Below the pieces are notes generated by a model, which worked only from the letters and a program-made list of their open reading frames with translations, ran no database searches and was not told the origin of the DNA. 64,000 nucleotides of DNA from the human T2T-CHM13v2.0 reference genome, Homo sapiens, in NCBI RefSeq assembly GCF_009914755.1, contig NC_060931.1; one strand, 5' to 3'. The translations under genes and the position numbers were made by a program. Positions 11,431 through 27,764 of the stretch are shown here, in pieces (position 1 is the stretch's first letter; the number at the start of each line of letters is the position of its first letter).

Positions 11431-14010
11431 ACATGGCTGCAACCAGGAGGTCCTCGAGATCCTCCCGGAGTTTCTTTCTCGGCATCTGGCTCATGACAAG
11501 GTTTCAGGTGTCTTGATAGTATCCAAATCGGCTGTTGATTTTGGCCTGGAGAAACACAAGCATAACCTCTACCCCAAGTTATTATTTTACCTATTTCCCA
11601 ACTTTTTGTTATTGGATCTCTCCACCAAATCAGTTGTTCTGTTTCTGTCTTTGCAGCTGGTTTCTGTAGATGCTGTTCAGCTGCTGATAACATCTGGCCT
11701 TTGGGCAGCCTCAAAAAATTTAAAGTTAATAATGCTAGATTCAGTTGCATCTGTGGGGTTCCATTATTGTTTCTCCCTTTCTGCTTTTGCAACTGCTGTT
11801 TGAGGGAGAGATTCATTCTTTCCACTATGGCTTGTACCTGAGAATTGTATGGGATACCAGTAATGTGTTTAATATTCCACATAGAGAAAAATGTAGCTAG
11901 AGCTTGGCTAGTACAGCCTGGGGCATTATCTGTTTTAATAGAAGCTGGAATGCCCATCACCGCAAAGCACTGCAAAAGATGACATTTAACACGGGCAGAA
12001 GACTCCTGTTTGGCATGCAGCCCAGACAAAGTGAGAAAAGATGTCCACACATACATGTACATAAGCTAGTCTCCCAAATGAGGGAACATGTGTGACATCC
12101 ATTTGCCAAATAGAGTTAGGTTCCAGTCCTCGAGGATTAACTCCTCCTGTAAAAGATGAGGAATGTACTATTTGGCAAGTTGGGCATCACTGGATAGTAT
12201 CTTTAGCTTCTTTCCAGGTAATGCTGTATCTGCGTTTGAGACCAGAGGCATTAACATGGGTTAAATTGTGAAAGGGTCTAGCATTAGATATTGAGGTAGC
12301 AACTAGGTGATCAGCCATTTGATTTTCTTCAGTCAAAGGTCCTGGAAGAGGTGTATGAGCCCTAATGTGAGTGATGTAAAAAGGGTGCATTCTACTTCTA
12401 ACTGCTGTTTGCAGTTGGGTAAATAAAGTCATCAGTTGTTTATCTGTATGAAATTGTAACTGACCATTTTCAATTAACTGTGTGGAGTGAACCATGTATG
12501 AATAATCAGAAATCACATTAATAGGCATATCAAAAGCAGTCAATACCTCAATTACTGCTACAAGCTCTGCTTTTTGAGCTGAAGTATAGGACATCTGAAA
12601 AACTTTACTTTTTGAGCCAGAATAAGAAGCTTTACCATTACTAGACTCATCTGTAAAAACATTCTCAGCACCTTCAATTGGTTTAAATTTAGTTATTTTA
12701 GGGAGAATCCAATTAGTTAATTTCAAAAACTGAAACAGCTTCGTTTTAGGAAAATGATTATCGAGAATACTCACAAAGTCAGCTAAATGGGTTTGCCAAG
12801 TAAGACTATTTGTAAAAGCTTGCTGTATTTGTGCTTTCGTGAGAGGGACAATAATTTTTCCAGGATCATATCCATGTAATTTAACAATCCAAATTCTCCC
12901 AATCCCTATCATAGTAGCGATTTGATCTAAATAAGGAGTTAGAGTCCGTGAATTAGTATGTGGAAGAAAAAGCCACTCTACTAAGTCCTGTTCTTGGACA
13001 ATAACACCAGTAGGTGAATGCTGAGTTGAAAAGATTAGCAAACCTAGAGTCTTCTCTGGATCTATTCTATTTATCTGAGCTTTATGGATTTCTTCTCAAT
13101 CACTTGTAACTCTGCCTCAGCCTCTTTTGTTAATTGCCGAGGGCTAGTGAGACTAGGATTTCCTCTAAGGATAGAAAACAGATTACTCATGGCATAGGTA
13201 GGAATGCCTAGAGCAGGTCTTATCCAATTAATATCCCCTAGTAATTTCTGAAAATCATTTAATGTTTTTAATTTATCCCTATGTATGGTTACTTTCTGTG
13301 GCACAATGGTAATGTCATTTACTAAGGTCCCCAAGTAGGAGTAAGGAGTAGTAGTCTGAATTTTGTCAGGAGCTATAATTAAACCAGCATGAGAAATAGA
13401 ATTTTGCAAGTGATCATAACATTGGAGTAATATTTCTCAAGTGGGGGCTGCACAAACTATATCATCCATATAGTGAATAATGTAACACTGTGAAAATTTT
13501 TTACGAGTAGATTCAATTGCTTGCCCCACATACTTCTGGCAAATAGTCGGACTGTTTAACACGCCCTGTGGCAACACTTTGCAATGATAACGCTTAGCAG
13601 GCTGCAGGTTGTTTACTGCAGGAATTGTAAATGCAAATCGTTTGCAGTCTTGCTCAGCTAAATGGATAGTAAAGAAACAGTCTTTTAAATCTATAACTAT
13701 TAAAGGCCAATTTTTTGGAATTATAGCGGGAGAAGGCAATCCTGGCTGTAATGCTCCCATAGGTTGTATAACTGAATTGATGGCTCTTAAGTCAGTTAAC
13801 ATTCTCCATTTACTTGATTTTTTCTTAGTTAGGAAAACTGGATAATCCCAAGGAGAAAATGTTGGAGCTATGTGCCCATTTTCTAATTGTTCAGCAACTA
13901 ATTTCTCTAAATCCTCCAGTTTTTCTTTACTTAGTGGCCATTGTTCTATCTAAATTGGCTTATCTGTTAACCATTTTAAAGGTACAGGTTCTGGAGGCTT
14001 AACAATGGCC
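11289..14010 (-). pseudogene. pol: pol remnant (RT, RNase H, integrase) broken by stops and frameshifts
   Basis: [24 protein letters not shown] (RT); AQKAEL, ITHIRAHT (RNase H); TDNAPG, GIPYNS, IVER, WGRGYACV (IN). Confidence 0.95.
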
Positions 14011-14014
14011 GCCA

Positions 14015-14940
14015 TCAAAAATTTTTTCCTAATCTTTGGCGGGAACTTTGTTTTTCCACTTGAAGCAGTTCTTTCAAACTTTGCAAATTTTTTTCTAGTC
14101 CCATACCAGGGACATACCCCATTTCATGCATTGTATGTTGACTTTGAGGGCTATGTAATAGTTCTGGAATTAGAACTTGTGCTCCCCATTGTTGTAATAG
14201 ATCTCTTCCCCATACATTTATAGGTACAGAAGTTAGAATTGGTTGAATAGTCCCAGGTTGTCCATTGGGCCCTTCACAATGCAAAATATAACTAATTTGA
14301 TATACTTCAGCGGCTTTACCAACTCCAACTATATTAAATTGAGCGGGTTGAATTGGCGACGTGGACGGCCAGTGCTGTAGAGAAATGATTGAAATGTCTG
14401 CTCCTGTATCTACCAAACCTTTAAATTTATTTCCTTGAATAGTTATTTCACAGATAGATGTTTATCAGTAATTTGATTTACCCAATAAGCTGCTTTGCCT
14501 TGTTTATTTGTGCTTCCAAATCCTCCTGTTCGTTTAATTTCACTTTTCCCCATTCCCACATACAGCACAATCAGGAGCTGTGCTATGTGCTCTCCTGGCT
14601 CTGCTTTCCAGGGAACAGAAGTAGATATAACAATTTGAATTTCCCCATTGTAATCTGAATCAATGACTCCTATATGTATTTGTACGCCTTTTAAACTTAC
14701 ACTAGACCTTCCTAAAAGTAATCCTATTGTCCCTGCTGGTAACGGTCCACAGACTCCTGTTGGGACCTTTGGCAGGGGTTCCCTAGGCAGAAGACTCACA
14801 GCTTTTGTGCAGCATAAATCTACTGTGGCACTACCGGCTGTGGCAGGGGACAGACATTGTACGGGGGTGAGGGAATGGCCTGAGCCAGAAATGCCCCGGT
14901 TTAGAACGGGGCCTGGGACAGGCCCCTCATGGCATTTCCT
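14015..14940 (-). pseudogene. pro: pro remnant: dUTPase fused to aspartic protease
   Basis: LLGRSS, GVIDSDYNGEI, GGFGST (dUTPase); DTGAD and WGRDLL (protease); frameshift between the two parts. Confidence 0.95.
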
Positions 14941-16226
14941 GAAATCGGGTTCCCTTCTTTATCAAACTTAGAGTGACACTGACTAGTCCAGTGTTTTCCT
15001 TTTTTACATATTGGACATATTTCAGGCTCAACAGTTTTCTTTTTTCCCCTATCTGGTGGTCCGACTCACTGATTTTTTTCTACATTCTTTTTTAGTATGA
15101 CCATGCTTCCCACAGTTAAAACAAGCTCCAGGAAATGGAATATTTCCTTTATCCACTCTCAGTCCTGCCAATGCCTGTGCCAACAAGGTAGCTTTATGCA
15201 GATTACCTCCGATACCATCACAGGCCTTGATATAATCAACCAAATGTGCTTTCCCTCTGATAGGTTGCAGAGCAGCCTGGCAATCGGGATTAGCATTGTC
15301 GAAAGCTAATAACTGCAACACTATATCCTGAGCAGCCGAATCTGCAATCATCCTTTTAAGAGACTCCTGTAACCGAGCTGTAAAATCAACATATGGTTCC
15401 CTTGGTCCCTGTTTTATAGCACTAAAGAAAGGGTATTGTTCTCCATCTGAAGTGATTTTTTCCCCAAGCTCTAATGCACACTCCTCTAAGCTGTTCTATG
15501 GCATCATCCTGCATGACCAGTTGTGCGTCTAAACCAGCCCGGCCACCAACCCCCAAAAGTTGGTCTGCAGTTATATTAATTTGAGGTTGGGCCTGGGCAT
15601 TGCAAGCAGCCTGAATGGAAGCTTCATCTGCCCACAAAGTTTTAAATTGTAAGAACTGAGCAGGAGTTAGACAAACTCGAGTAAGAGTGTCCCAGTCAGT
15701 AGGAATCATCTGACTGGAACAGTAACATTCTTTAACAGTCTCATTACAAAAGGAGAATCTGGTCCATACTGACTTATTGCTTGTTTTAATTCTTTGAGTA
15801 ATTTAAAAGGAAAAGGCTCAAATGTAGCTGTAATATTTCCCTGTTGATCTGGGGGGTGTATTCTAACAGGGAACTGCCAAGCCTCTAAATCACCCTCTCG
15901 TCTAGCTTGCTGAATTCCTGCCTGAATAGAACCAAGAGCCGTCGCTCAAGGTGCTGCTCGAAAAGTCACTGGGGCAACTACTTTTCGCCCAGTGTCCTCC
16001 AGGAAAGAAAGATCTGGTGGGTCATTTTCTTCAAAATAATGATGAGGGGGTGCAGAAGGGTAGGGATGAACCTCTCCTTCCTTTGTCACTTTAGCTTTAG
16101 CTGGCAAATAAACATGCTCTGTAACCTCTTCTGTTCTTCTGTTACTTTGCTATGCTCTTGTTCTTCCTCCTCATCAGTGTGAAAAAGTTCCAAGGTGGAC
16201 TGAACCAGACCCCATACCTGTCCCAT
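14890..16226 (-). pseudogene. gag: gag remnant (MA largely deleted; CA; two CCHC knuckles)
   Basis: ATG GGA CAG at 16226; CA segments (PTDW, NANPDCQ); CFNCGKHGHTKKEC and CPICKKGKHWTSQC; end coordinate approximate. Confidence 0.9.
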
Positions 16227-16354
16227 TGTTACCCTGACACTTCCAAGCTCCCCTTCTTACTCACCACAGGGATTGCTTTAAGAGTACTCGGGTGTCCTCC
16301 AGCTAGTTTTCCATTCCAGCTGTCGCTCCGGTGACCCTTTGACCTGGATTTGAG

Positions 16355-16373
16355 CCCCTCAGAATGGACGCCG
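16355..16373 (-). other. Degenerate tRNA-Lys primer-binding site
   Basis: CGGCGTCCATTCTGAGGGG just after the 5' LTR; resembles the Lys(CUU) PBS TGGCGCCCAACGTGGGGC. Confidence 0.7.
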
Positions 16374-16375
16374 CT

Positions 16376-16866
16376 TGCCGAGACCAGCTCAGTCGGGGAG
16401 ACCCTAACCCAGCGGTGCTAGAGGAATTAAAGACACACACACAGAAATATAGAGGTGTGAAGTGGGAAATCAGGGGTCTCACAGCCTTCAGAGCTGAGAG
16501 CCCCAAACAGAGATTTACCCACGTATTTATTAACAGCAAGCCAGTCATTAGCATTGTTTCTATAGATATTAAATTAACTAAAAGTGTCCCTTATGGGGAA
16601 TGAAGGGATGGGCCAAATTAATTGCAGCAGGAACATGCCCTTAAGACACAGATCGCTCATGCTATTGTTTGTGGCTTAAGAATGCCTTTAAGTGGTTTTC
16701 TGCCCTGGGCGGGCCAGGTGTTCCTTGCCCTCATTCCTGTAAACCCACAACCTTCCAGCTTGGGCGTTAGGGCCATTATGGACATGTTACATTGCTGCAG
16801 AGATTTTATTTATGGCCAGTTTTGGGGCCAGTTTATGGCCAGACTTTGGGGGACTTGCTTGCAACA
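16376..16866 (-). repeat. 5' LTR (MER9)
   Basis: Direct repeat of 9922-10413 (about 29 substitutions + 1 indel by manual alignment); followed by the PBS. Confidence 0.95.
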
Positions 16867-16872
16867 ATTATA

Positions 16873-17650
16873 CACTTCTTTAAAAATCGATAAATATTTT
16901 TGGGATTTTGGTACTGAACAGACACTCGAGGATTCATGCACCTCCTGATTTGTATGCATATTCTTGTGTATGCATTCATAGACTGAGGGTGTGTATCTGC
17001 TACTTTGACACTTACCATATCATAATTTATTTAACATTGTTTTTTCATTTGGAAAATTTATGTTATCATTTTTTTCTATTAAAATTATAAATAGTAAATT
17101 TTTGCCTAAGTGTACTGCTTCACTTTTGTGAACACTTCTAATTATATCTTTAGGAAAACTTCCAAAAATGTAGATTTGCAATGAAAAAATACACTTGAAT
17201 TTAAGGTTCCAGATGCAGCATTAACAGATGTCCACCCAGAAAGCCTGTGCCAATTTGTGTCCCTTTAAACAAATAGTATCTGAGAATGCATTTTTATTTT
17301 CATACATGTTGGACTTTATTCCTTTTTCACTCTATACCAATTTGCTTAGCTAAATAAAAAAGATCTCATTTTTATGTGCATATTTTATAATAAGTCGGCC
17401 TCAATTTCTCCTATGTGTGCTGGCCATGTGGACAGCCTATTTCTACACTTTGCCTATGATTCTACTAGGACAGTTATCTTTCCCTTCTTGATTTGTGAGA
17501 GCTTTTCTACATCAAACATTTATCACAAATCTGCATCACAAACTTACTTTCTTTTTGTTTTCTGTTTTAATTTTGCTACTTTGGCAATATGTAAGATTTT
17601 GTTCCTTTTGCAAAAATGCTTCAAAAGGCATTTCTCAGTCTATATAGAAT
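16873..17650 (-). mobile_element. Old L1ME-like 3' fragment (continues ~9830-9921, split by the provirus)
   Basis: Degenerate L1ME 3' motifs run across the proviral TSD. Confidence 0.5.
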
Positions 17651-20600
17651 AATTTTAAAAAACCATCTGGCTATTTGTTAAAATTACTCAGTTATTTTAT
17701 TATAATCATAAGTTTGAATAATAATGCGTGAGAAAAGTTCTAATAGATTGTCATGAGTTGCTTTTGAACCACACCTCTTTGGACTTTATAAACATCTGCT
17801 ACAATAAAAGCTTGACACCATTAGTTGGTTATTAATAAAATAAGTAAAACCTTCATGCCCTTAGGTTATTTGATGCAACTCCATTAAACTGAAAACCCCA
17901 CACTCCTATCAAACAGATCAGATGCTTTTAAAGTGGGAAAAATACTTCTTGTGGAAATAGTAGATCTGGTTTGTTATTAGTGAAAAGAAGATCATTTCTG
18001 TTTGAATATGTTGACCAGAGGTCCTGCAAGATGTGCTTTGCTGAGCAGAAAAGTGCTCTCAATGACCAGATTGTGGATGTCGATTCTCAAACTGTTTCAC
18101 CAAAGAACTTCATCAACAGAGCAGAATCCCATGGGGAGTCTAGGTAGGATAGGGGAATATCTGAAACAGTAGAATAAGAGTGAAATTTTTATTCTCAGGT
18201 GTGGCGTGTATGTGTATGTGTGTGTAGCTATATATAGATATGGAGATATTGCATATATGTATACATATACACGCATGGACAGATATCACATTAGGGGTTT
18301 TTTAAATAAAACATTTGTTGAAGCAGAGTAAGGACCCATGTTTTGTTGTCTTTTCCTCAGCCTCTAGTACAGCAGTGGCTCAGAGGAAGTTTTCTTTAGA
18401 TGATGATGGGATGAATGAATAAATGAATAAAACTTGCATAAGTAAGATTTTACCTGGTTATAAAATACTATGCCAAATACAATTTATTTATAGTTTATAA
18501 AGTTTAGTTTATAAAGTCTCTGGTTGCAATTGAGCAAAGCCCTTTTGCAGATAGAGGAAAGAGTAGGGGAGAGCTGGCAACGCTGTCCTGGCCTTGCAAT
18601 GCAATGTTCTTCTCTTGTTACTGGAGTGGCTGCCTCTCCACTGGCTATCAACCAGCTCAAAGACCAAAGAAAAGGACAGTTGAACTGTCTGTGTCACCAT
18701 TATGCCTGCTGTCAGTGAAGGCCCATTTCCCATGCGACAGATAATTTTGTGTCTTTGATTGATTCGATGGATTATACACACACGTTCATGCACACAATTT
18801 ACGAGATCAGTTGATCACTTTGGTCTAAGAAATTTAATTGACTTCAAAGCCAATTGAAATGCAGTGTCAAAATGATTTTTCACTAATAATGGATATTCCC
18901 GAGTTTTCCCTGGTGCAACAAGGAAACAAACAAAATCACAATCTTGCTTTCATGAGGTCCTACCTGCTACTAATAGCAGCCGCATTTTATACTGCCTTTG
19001 TCAGCTGAAGCCCTAAGTGCTACAATTTTTCACTGGAGAGCACTCCAAACCATCCAGTTTGATTATGCTTTATTGTTTTTTTCTGGAAATTTCTTCTGTA
19101 GTAATGTTGGTTTCAAGCTGCCAAAAAAGCATGCCAAAAATCATTCTCGAGGCTTCATTCTTCTGAGTCTGTATCTCTAAGTTGCAGCAGCCATTATTTA
19201 TCTTTAGGAGTCAGAATCACACCTGGAGAAGCAGGTTCTACACTTAGTGCACGTGGCATCTGGGGTCTCTCCAGAGCCGCCCATCCAGGGAGCCAGTCTT
19301 GCAGTTCTTTCAGGAAGTAACGCAACGTAAACTCCATGACTCCCTTTTCTGAATTTATTCCATGTGCTTCTACAAATGCCTGGGCAGTAGCTCCGACTGG
19401 TGCTTGGCCTGTCTCCATTGTTTCTGTTTCCAGGTTCATTAGCAATGAAATTTCCATACACTAAAGTGCAGCACAACATATGGATCACCAGGGTAACTGA
19501 AATGCAAAGGAAAAACCGCTCATGCTTTTGAATTGACTTTAAAGAAACAGTGGAGCCTCAGTGAGAGACGGGGACCTGGAACCGCTGATCTTTGCTGTCA
19601 CGAGTGTGGGCTGACTGTCCGAGGTCTGGAACAGTTCACGTCTGAAGCTAGGTCAGACCCCTGTCTAAGGATTGCTCTAAGAAGATCATTATTGGCATTT
19701 ACTTTTTCCAGATCACTTTTACAGTGCTGCCGTGTGGCAGCCAGGTGCTCAGAAAGCGTTTCTTGGATGAGTAGATGGTGCAGCTTATTTCTTGTCAAGA
19801 AGTGGTTGGAAACATATTCATGTAATCGTTGAAAATGTCAAGATGAATCCAGCCCTGTAAAGAGAAGGACACTAATGCACAGTCTCAGCCTGCTGTAGCT
19901 CCTCAGAGGCCAAAAGCAATCAGTGAATCAAACTATTTTTCCAAAATGCATTTCTTGAGAATTAGTTTCATAAACTCAATTCCTATCAGAGATTGAAGGT
20001 TTGGGGGCATGGAGAGGTTCTCAGCAAAATGTCAGAATATGAAAGGGTGACCAAAATGTAGTGAGGCAGTGACAGCGTGGCTTCCGGGAATAGTCCATGG
20101 CTCTAAGAACAAAGCCCTTCCTGGCTCTCCGCCTCCCAACATGGGTATTTAGAAACTGTGTTTCTAAAGCACATTTCTAACTACTCTACCAGCACCCCAA
20201 CCCCTGCCTGTGTCCTTCAGGATACATCTTAAAGTAAGTTATCCTTTAAATTGTGTTTACCTAACTGTGTAAGTGCAGGTGGTGCAAGGAGATAAAAGTT
20301 GTCTTGTCCATTCCACCTAGGAGCTTGCATTCACTCTAGTGGCTAGTGCTAACAAGTTAAAAAAAAAAAAGATACATTATCACCTATGTATTGAGTGACA
20401 TACAGAAAACTGAAGAATTCTTGATGCACAATGAAAGTTCACCCATCTCAGATTTAGGGCCAAGGAATCTTCTTGGATAAAGTGCCTTCTAAGCTGAGCC
20501 TAGATGCTGGGTTGGACTGAGTCAGGAGGGTATGAATGTCTGGAAGGAGTCAAGTCTCTTTCTCTCCAGGGCTAGCCTGGAACCTCTCAGATTTGCCATT

Positions 20601-21939
20601 ATGAATAAGGGTTTTCTGCTTGGAGATATGGACCAGACCTGCATCCCGCTCTATGGGGCTATTCAGGCAACTGTACCAGGGGAGGTGGCTGTGGTAGGTG
20701 GATTTGGCATCTTAAATCCTCGGGGCCGACCCGGCTATCCCACATACCATCTACGTGAATTCCAGCAAATCTCTGCTGCGTTTAGTATCTTAGCTTCCTC
20801 ATCTGCAAAGTGAAAGAATTGAACCCCATAATTTCTGTGGGGATTTCCAGCTTTTACTGGCATCATTTGGAAATGTGAACTGTGACATTGGCTGCTGGAG
20901 CTGCCAGGCCTAGAACTCTTTCTTTTCCTTGGCCTTGGGCTGGGGTGATGTACTTAAGAGTGCAAATGGCTACTTTGACACTAATTGTATGTATAAAAAT
21001 CAAATTTAAAATTGTTCACTCATATCTTCATCTTAGAATGAGGGGAAGAGACTTTTGTCCTGGATTAGACTTACACTCACAGATTTTCAAGTGGGAAGAG
21101 CTCAAGGATGGTTTCATTCAATGCCCCATTCACAGGTAAGGAAATTGTTATAGAGGCAACCTGGGCAGAGACCAGACAAGAGATAAGCCTGCAGCTCCTG
21201 GTTCCTTCTACAGGGAAAACAAAACATGTTCACTTACATATTATCTATGTGATCCTTAAAACGTATCTATGACATCTTTAGGAAAATCTTGCTCCTACCC
21301 CGTGGACATCAATGCCTGCAGGGGCTGAGAAATGTGCCCACATCCTCATTCACAAGCTGTCCAGGGGACCCAGCTCTCCTGAGACAACTGTCTATTCCTT
21401 TAGCCACTTTAATATCACTTTAGACCATACGTTTTGCTTAAAATGTAATTTAAAATAGTTTTACTTCTGCTTTAATGTCATGATTTACAGCTATAACTTG
21501 AATTTCTATTACAAATTGTTTTCTCCTGTCACAACTGTCTGAAATTATCCAACTGTGTAAGCCTGTGAAAAGCCATTGTTGTATCCCTAAAACCAAAATA
21601 TGGTTTCCATTGGTTTAGAAAATGAAACATGTCCTTTAATTTAAGCCCATATGTGGAGCATAAAAATGTGTTTCCCTTGAGTTGGCTTTCTTGGAATTCT
21701 CTTTCGAGTAATGCTCAATTCCAATTATACATGGATGCTTTTTTCAGGAGACTCTTTTGAAAGTTTAATTGGAGATGCAACTCCAAATGAATGAACTCAC
21801 GGCTTCAAAGACTTTGGAAAATATGTAGTGAAGTCCAAACAGCAACTCATAACGAGCTTGATTATGTGACAGGCTAGAAACAAAGGCCTGGCCTGAGGCG
21901 TCTATTGGTGCCACAGAGGCATATAAGGACATATGAACT

Positions 21940-22142
21940 AGGAAAAAAGTGCTCTGGGTTTTTATTCACACGGATCTATCTAGTTCAGATAGAACAAACC
22001 AACAACTGACTGAAGTCTCCCCTAGAGGCTGGAGTAAATGAGATGAGGGAAAGCACTTGAAAAAATTTTTGTTCAGTTGTTGGTTCATTCTATCTGAACT
22101 ACTTAGATCTGTGTGAATAAAAACCTGGAGCACTTTTTTCCT
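21940..22142. repeat. Inverted repeat, 70-bp arms (63/70 identical), 63-bp spacer
   Basis: 21940-22009 is the reverse complement of 22073-22142 with 7 mismatches. Confidence 0.95.
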
Positions 22143-22727
22143 CAATTTTCATTTTGAACTTGTCAAATAGGAGATGAATGAAAATCTGGAAAATGAATTC
22201 ACATTCAAAATGAAAATCTGGAGAAGGAAATTGACTCCCTTGGGTTCACATTGTAAAGTAATGCCTCAGCCAGGGCTCCTGGGTTCTGATCCTACTCCTC
22301 TGTTACCCTGCAATTTTTTCCTATTTATGCTAATCCCATCCCAAAGTTGGGGAATAGTATAGAATCTCTTCTTATTTCCTCAGACATATAATTCATATGA
22401 AACAGATTTTTAGGGAAAGGGGGAAAATTCTGTACAAAAAGGTAACAACCACAGGCTGCTCTGAACTAAGTAATTTCAGCTGATCGAGAGCACATGGAGG
22501 GTGACTGAAGGCTGACAACTTCTCATCTACAACAGAGCCTTTTACAAGGAAAACAGTGGTGATGTTTCCATGGTATCTCTAATACCTCCTCAGTGCTAGT
22601 GCAGGGAGAAGGGCAAACAGGAAGGTTAGATGAAAGAGCCCTCTGGAGTAGAAGCCTATCTAACAGGGGATGGGAGTGTCAGCTTCTTGTCCATCTGGGC
22701 TTGGCAGGGCCTCTTGCCAATTGATAA

Positions 22728-23225
<498 letters not shown>

Positions 23226-23649
23226 TAAAAAAAAAGAATTTAAAAGTTAGAATTAGGAGTGAAAATTAGAATTCAAAAATTAGAAGATGAGATTAGGAAA
23301 GATGGATTGAGATCCTAAAAAATGAGCGAAGCAGTGAATGCATAGCAAATTGAATACTGCAGAAAATATAATTATTGAAGTTCAGTACTAAAACTAAGTA
23401 TTAAGAGTTAAAATATTTTTTCAAAATATTTTTGGAAATAGAAGGTTTATATAATGTAAACATATTAATAGTGGTCCAAAATTCTGTATTATACCAATAA
23501 GTATTGAAATTTAGAAATTGGAAAAAAATTTCAATTTCTAATGTTACACAGAAAGGATATAATAGAAAAAGATTCAATTATTCTCCATATAAGGGGAGGG
23601 AGTTTTCCCCTTGCCTCTTACTCTGAATAAGAGTATTCTTATTCTGAGT

Positions 23650-26810
<3,161 letters not shown>

Positions 26811-27764
26811 TCACAAGATGCATTACTTTATAATTGGAGACATATGGTAATTGCAAAAGGGACTATTAATAAATCAAAGGAAGTTCTTTCTCTGTCTACT
26901 TTGCTGTGTTGATATTCATTATCATAAAAACTACCAGAGCCCATAATTTACTGACAGCATTAAAATGATTAGCATGACATGGGGCTACACAGGTGTAGTC
27001 TTCTTGGGTTATTTCTGTCTTAAGGCTATTTGTGTGTATATTCATTAATTTTATTAACATTCATTGACAAGTGTGGAGTCTCCAAATGAGACAAAAAATA
27101 CTGTCCTTGCCTTCAAAGGGCATAAATAAAAGTTGGCAGGAGAATTAGAAAATTTTTGACTAATGCAACTTTTAATGCACATTGGACCCCTGGGGTTATT
27201 TTATAAGATTGGAAACATTTAATTCACTATAACTAAAAGTATATATTTTTAAACATTAAAAACAAAAGCATCCACAATTTCATCACCTACATAACTATAC
27301 ATGACATAGCATGCATGTGTTTAGATAATATGAACTGTTCAAGTTTTAAACTTGTCCCTAAACCAGGGTCTTTTTCCCCAAAAGTAAGTGTTATTAAGGA
27401 CTCGTGGAATAGTTCAGATTAGTTTAAATGTAAATATCAGTATATATCTTAATACTATTTATGTATGTCTCTTTTTCTCTATCTATCAAGAGAAAGACAC
27501 AAGAGAAATGAAACTTAAGTCTGTCCCATCCTCATATTCTGTGGTGAAGGGACAGAATGTTCTGGCTAGAAAGTAGAAATAATGCCGAATGTTAGGAAGG
27601 TTATTAAGCAGCCCACATGATTGAGGATAGAACATGTTTAATTTTGTTCTCAAAAAAAGAAAAATGATCTCCGTAAAGTCACAGCAGCTTGATGACAGTC
27701 TGGCCGCTTTGGAAGCTGGTAAGTCCTCTTCTGTCCAGGAACAGGGTAATGTCTGCGCTCAGAG

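Larger units (their letters stand above)
9922..16866 (-). mobile_element. HERV-K(HML-3) provirus (MER9 LTRs + HERVK9-type internal region), 6945 bp, coding-defective
   Basis: Two ~491-bp LTRs with TG..CA ends, 6-bp TSD ATTATA (9916-9921 / 16867-16872), PBS, PPT, and betaretroviral gag, dUTPase-PR, RT-RH-IN and env remnants in order; inserted into an old L1ME-like fragment. Confidence 0.95.

Noticed and set aside
11174-11494. Possible Rec/Np9-like accessory ORF
   Set aside because: Explained as the env leader peptide; I could not support a second exon or an Arg-rich NLS/NES pair.
16631-16640. p53 half-site GAACATGCCC in the 5' LTR
   Set aside because: No adjacent second half-site.
19194-19832. 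ORFs of 66-99 aa in the unique island
   Set aside because: Mostly non-ATG starts, on both strands, with no recognisable similarity.
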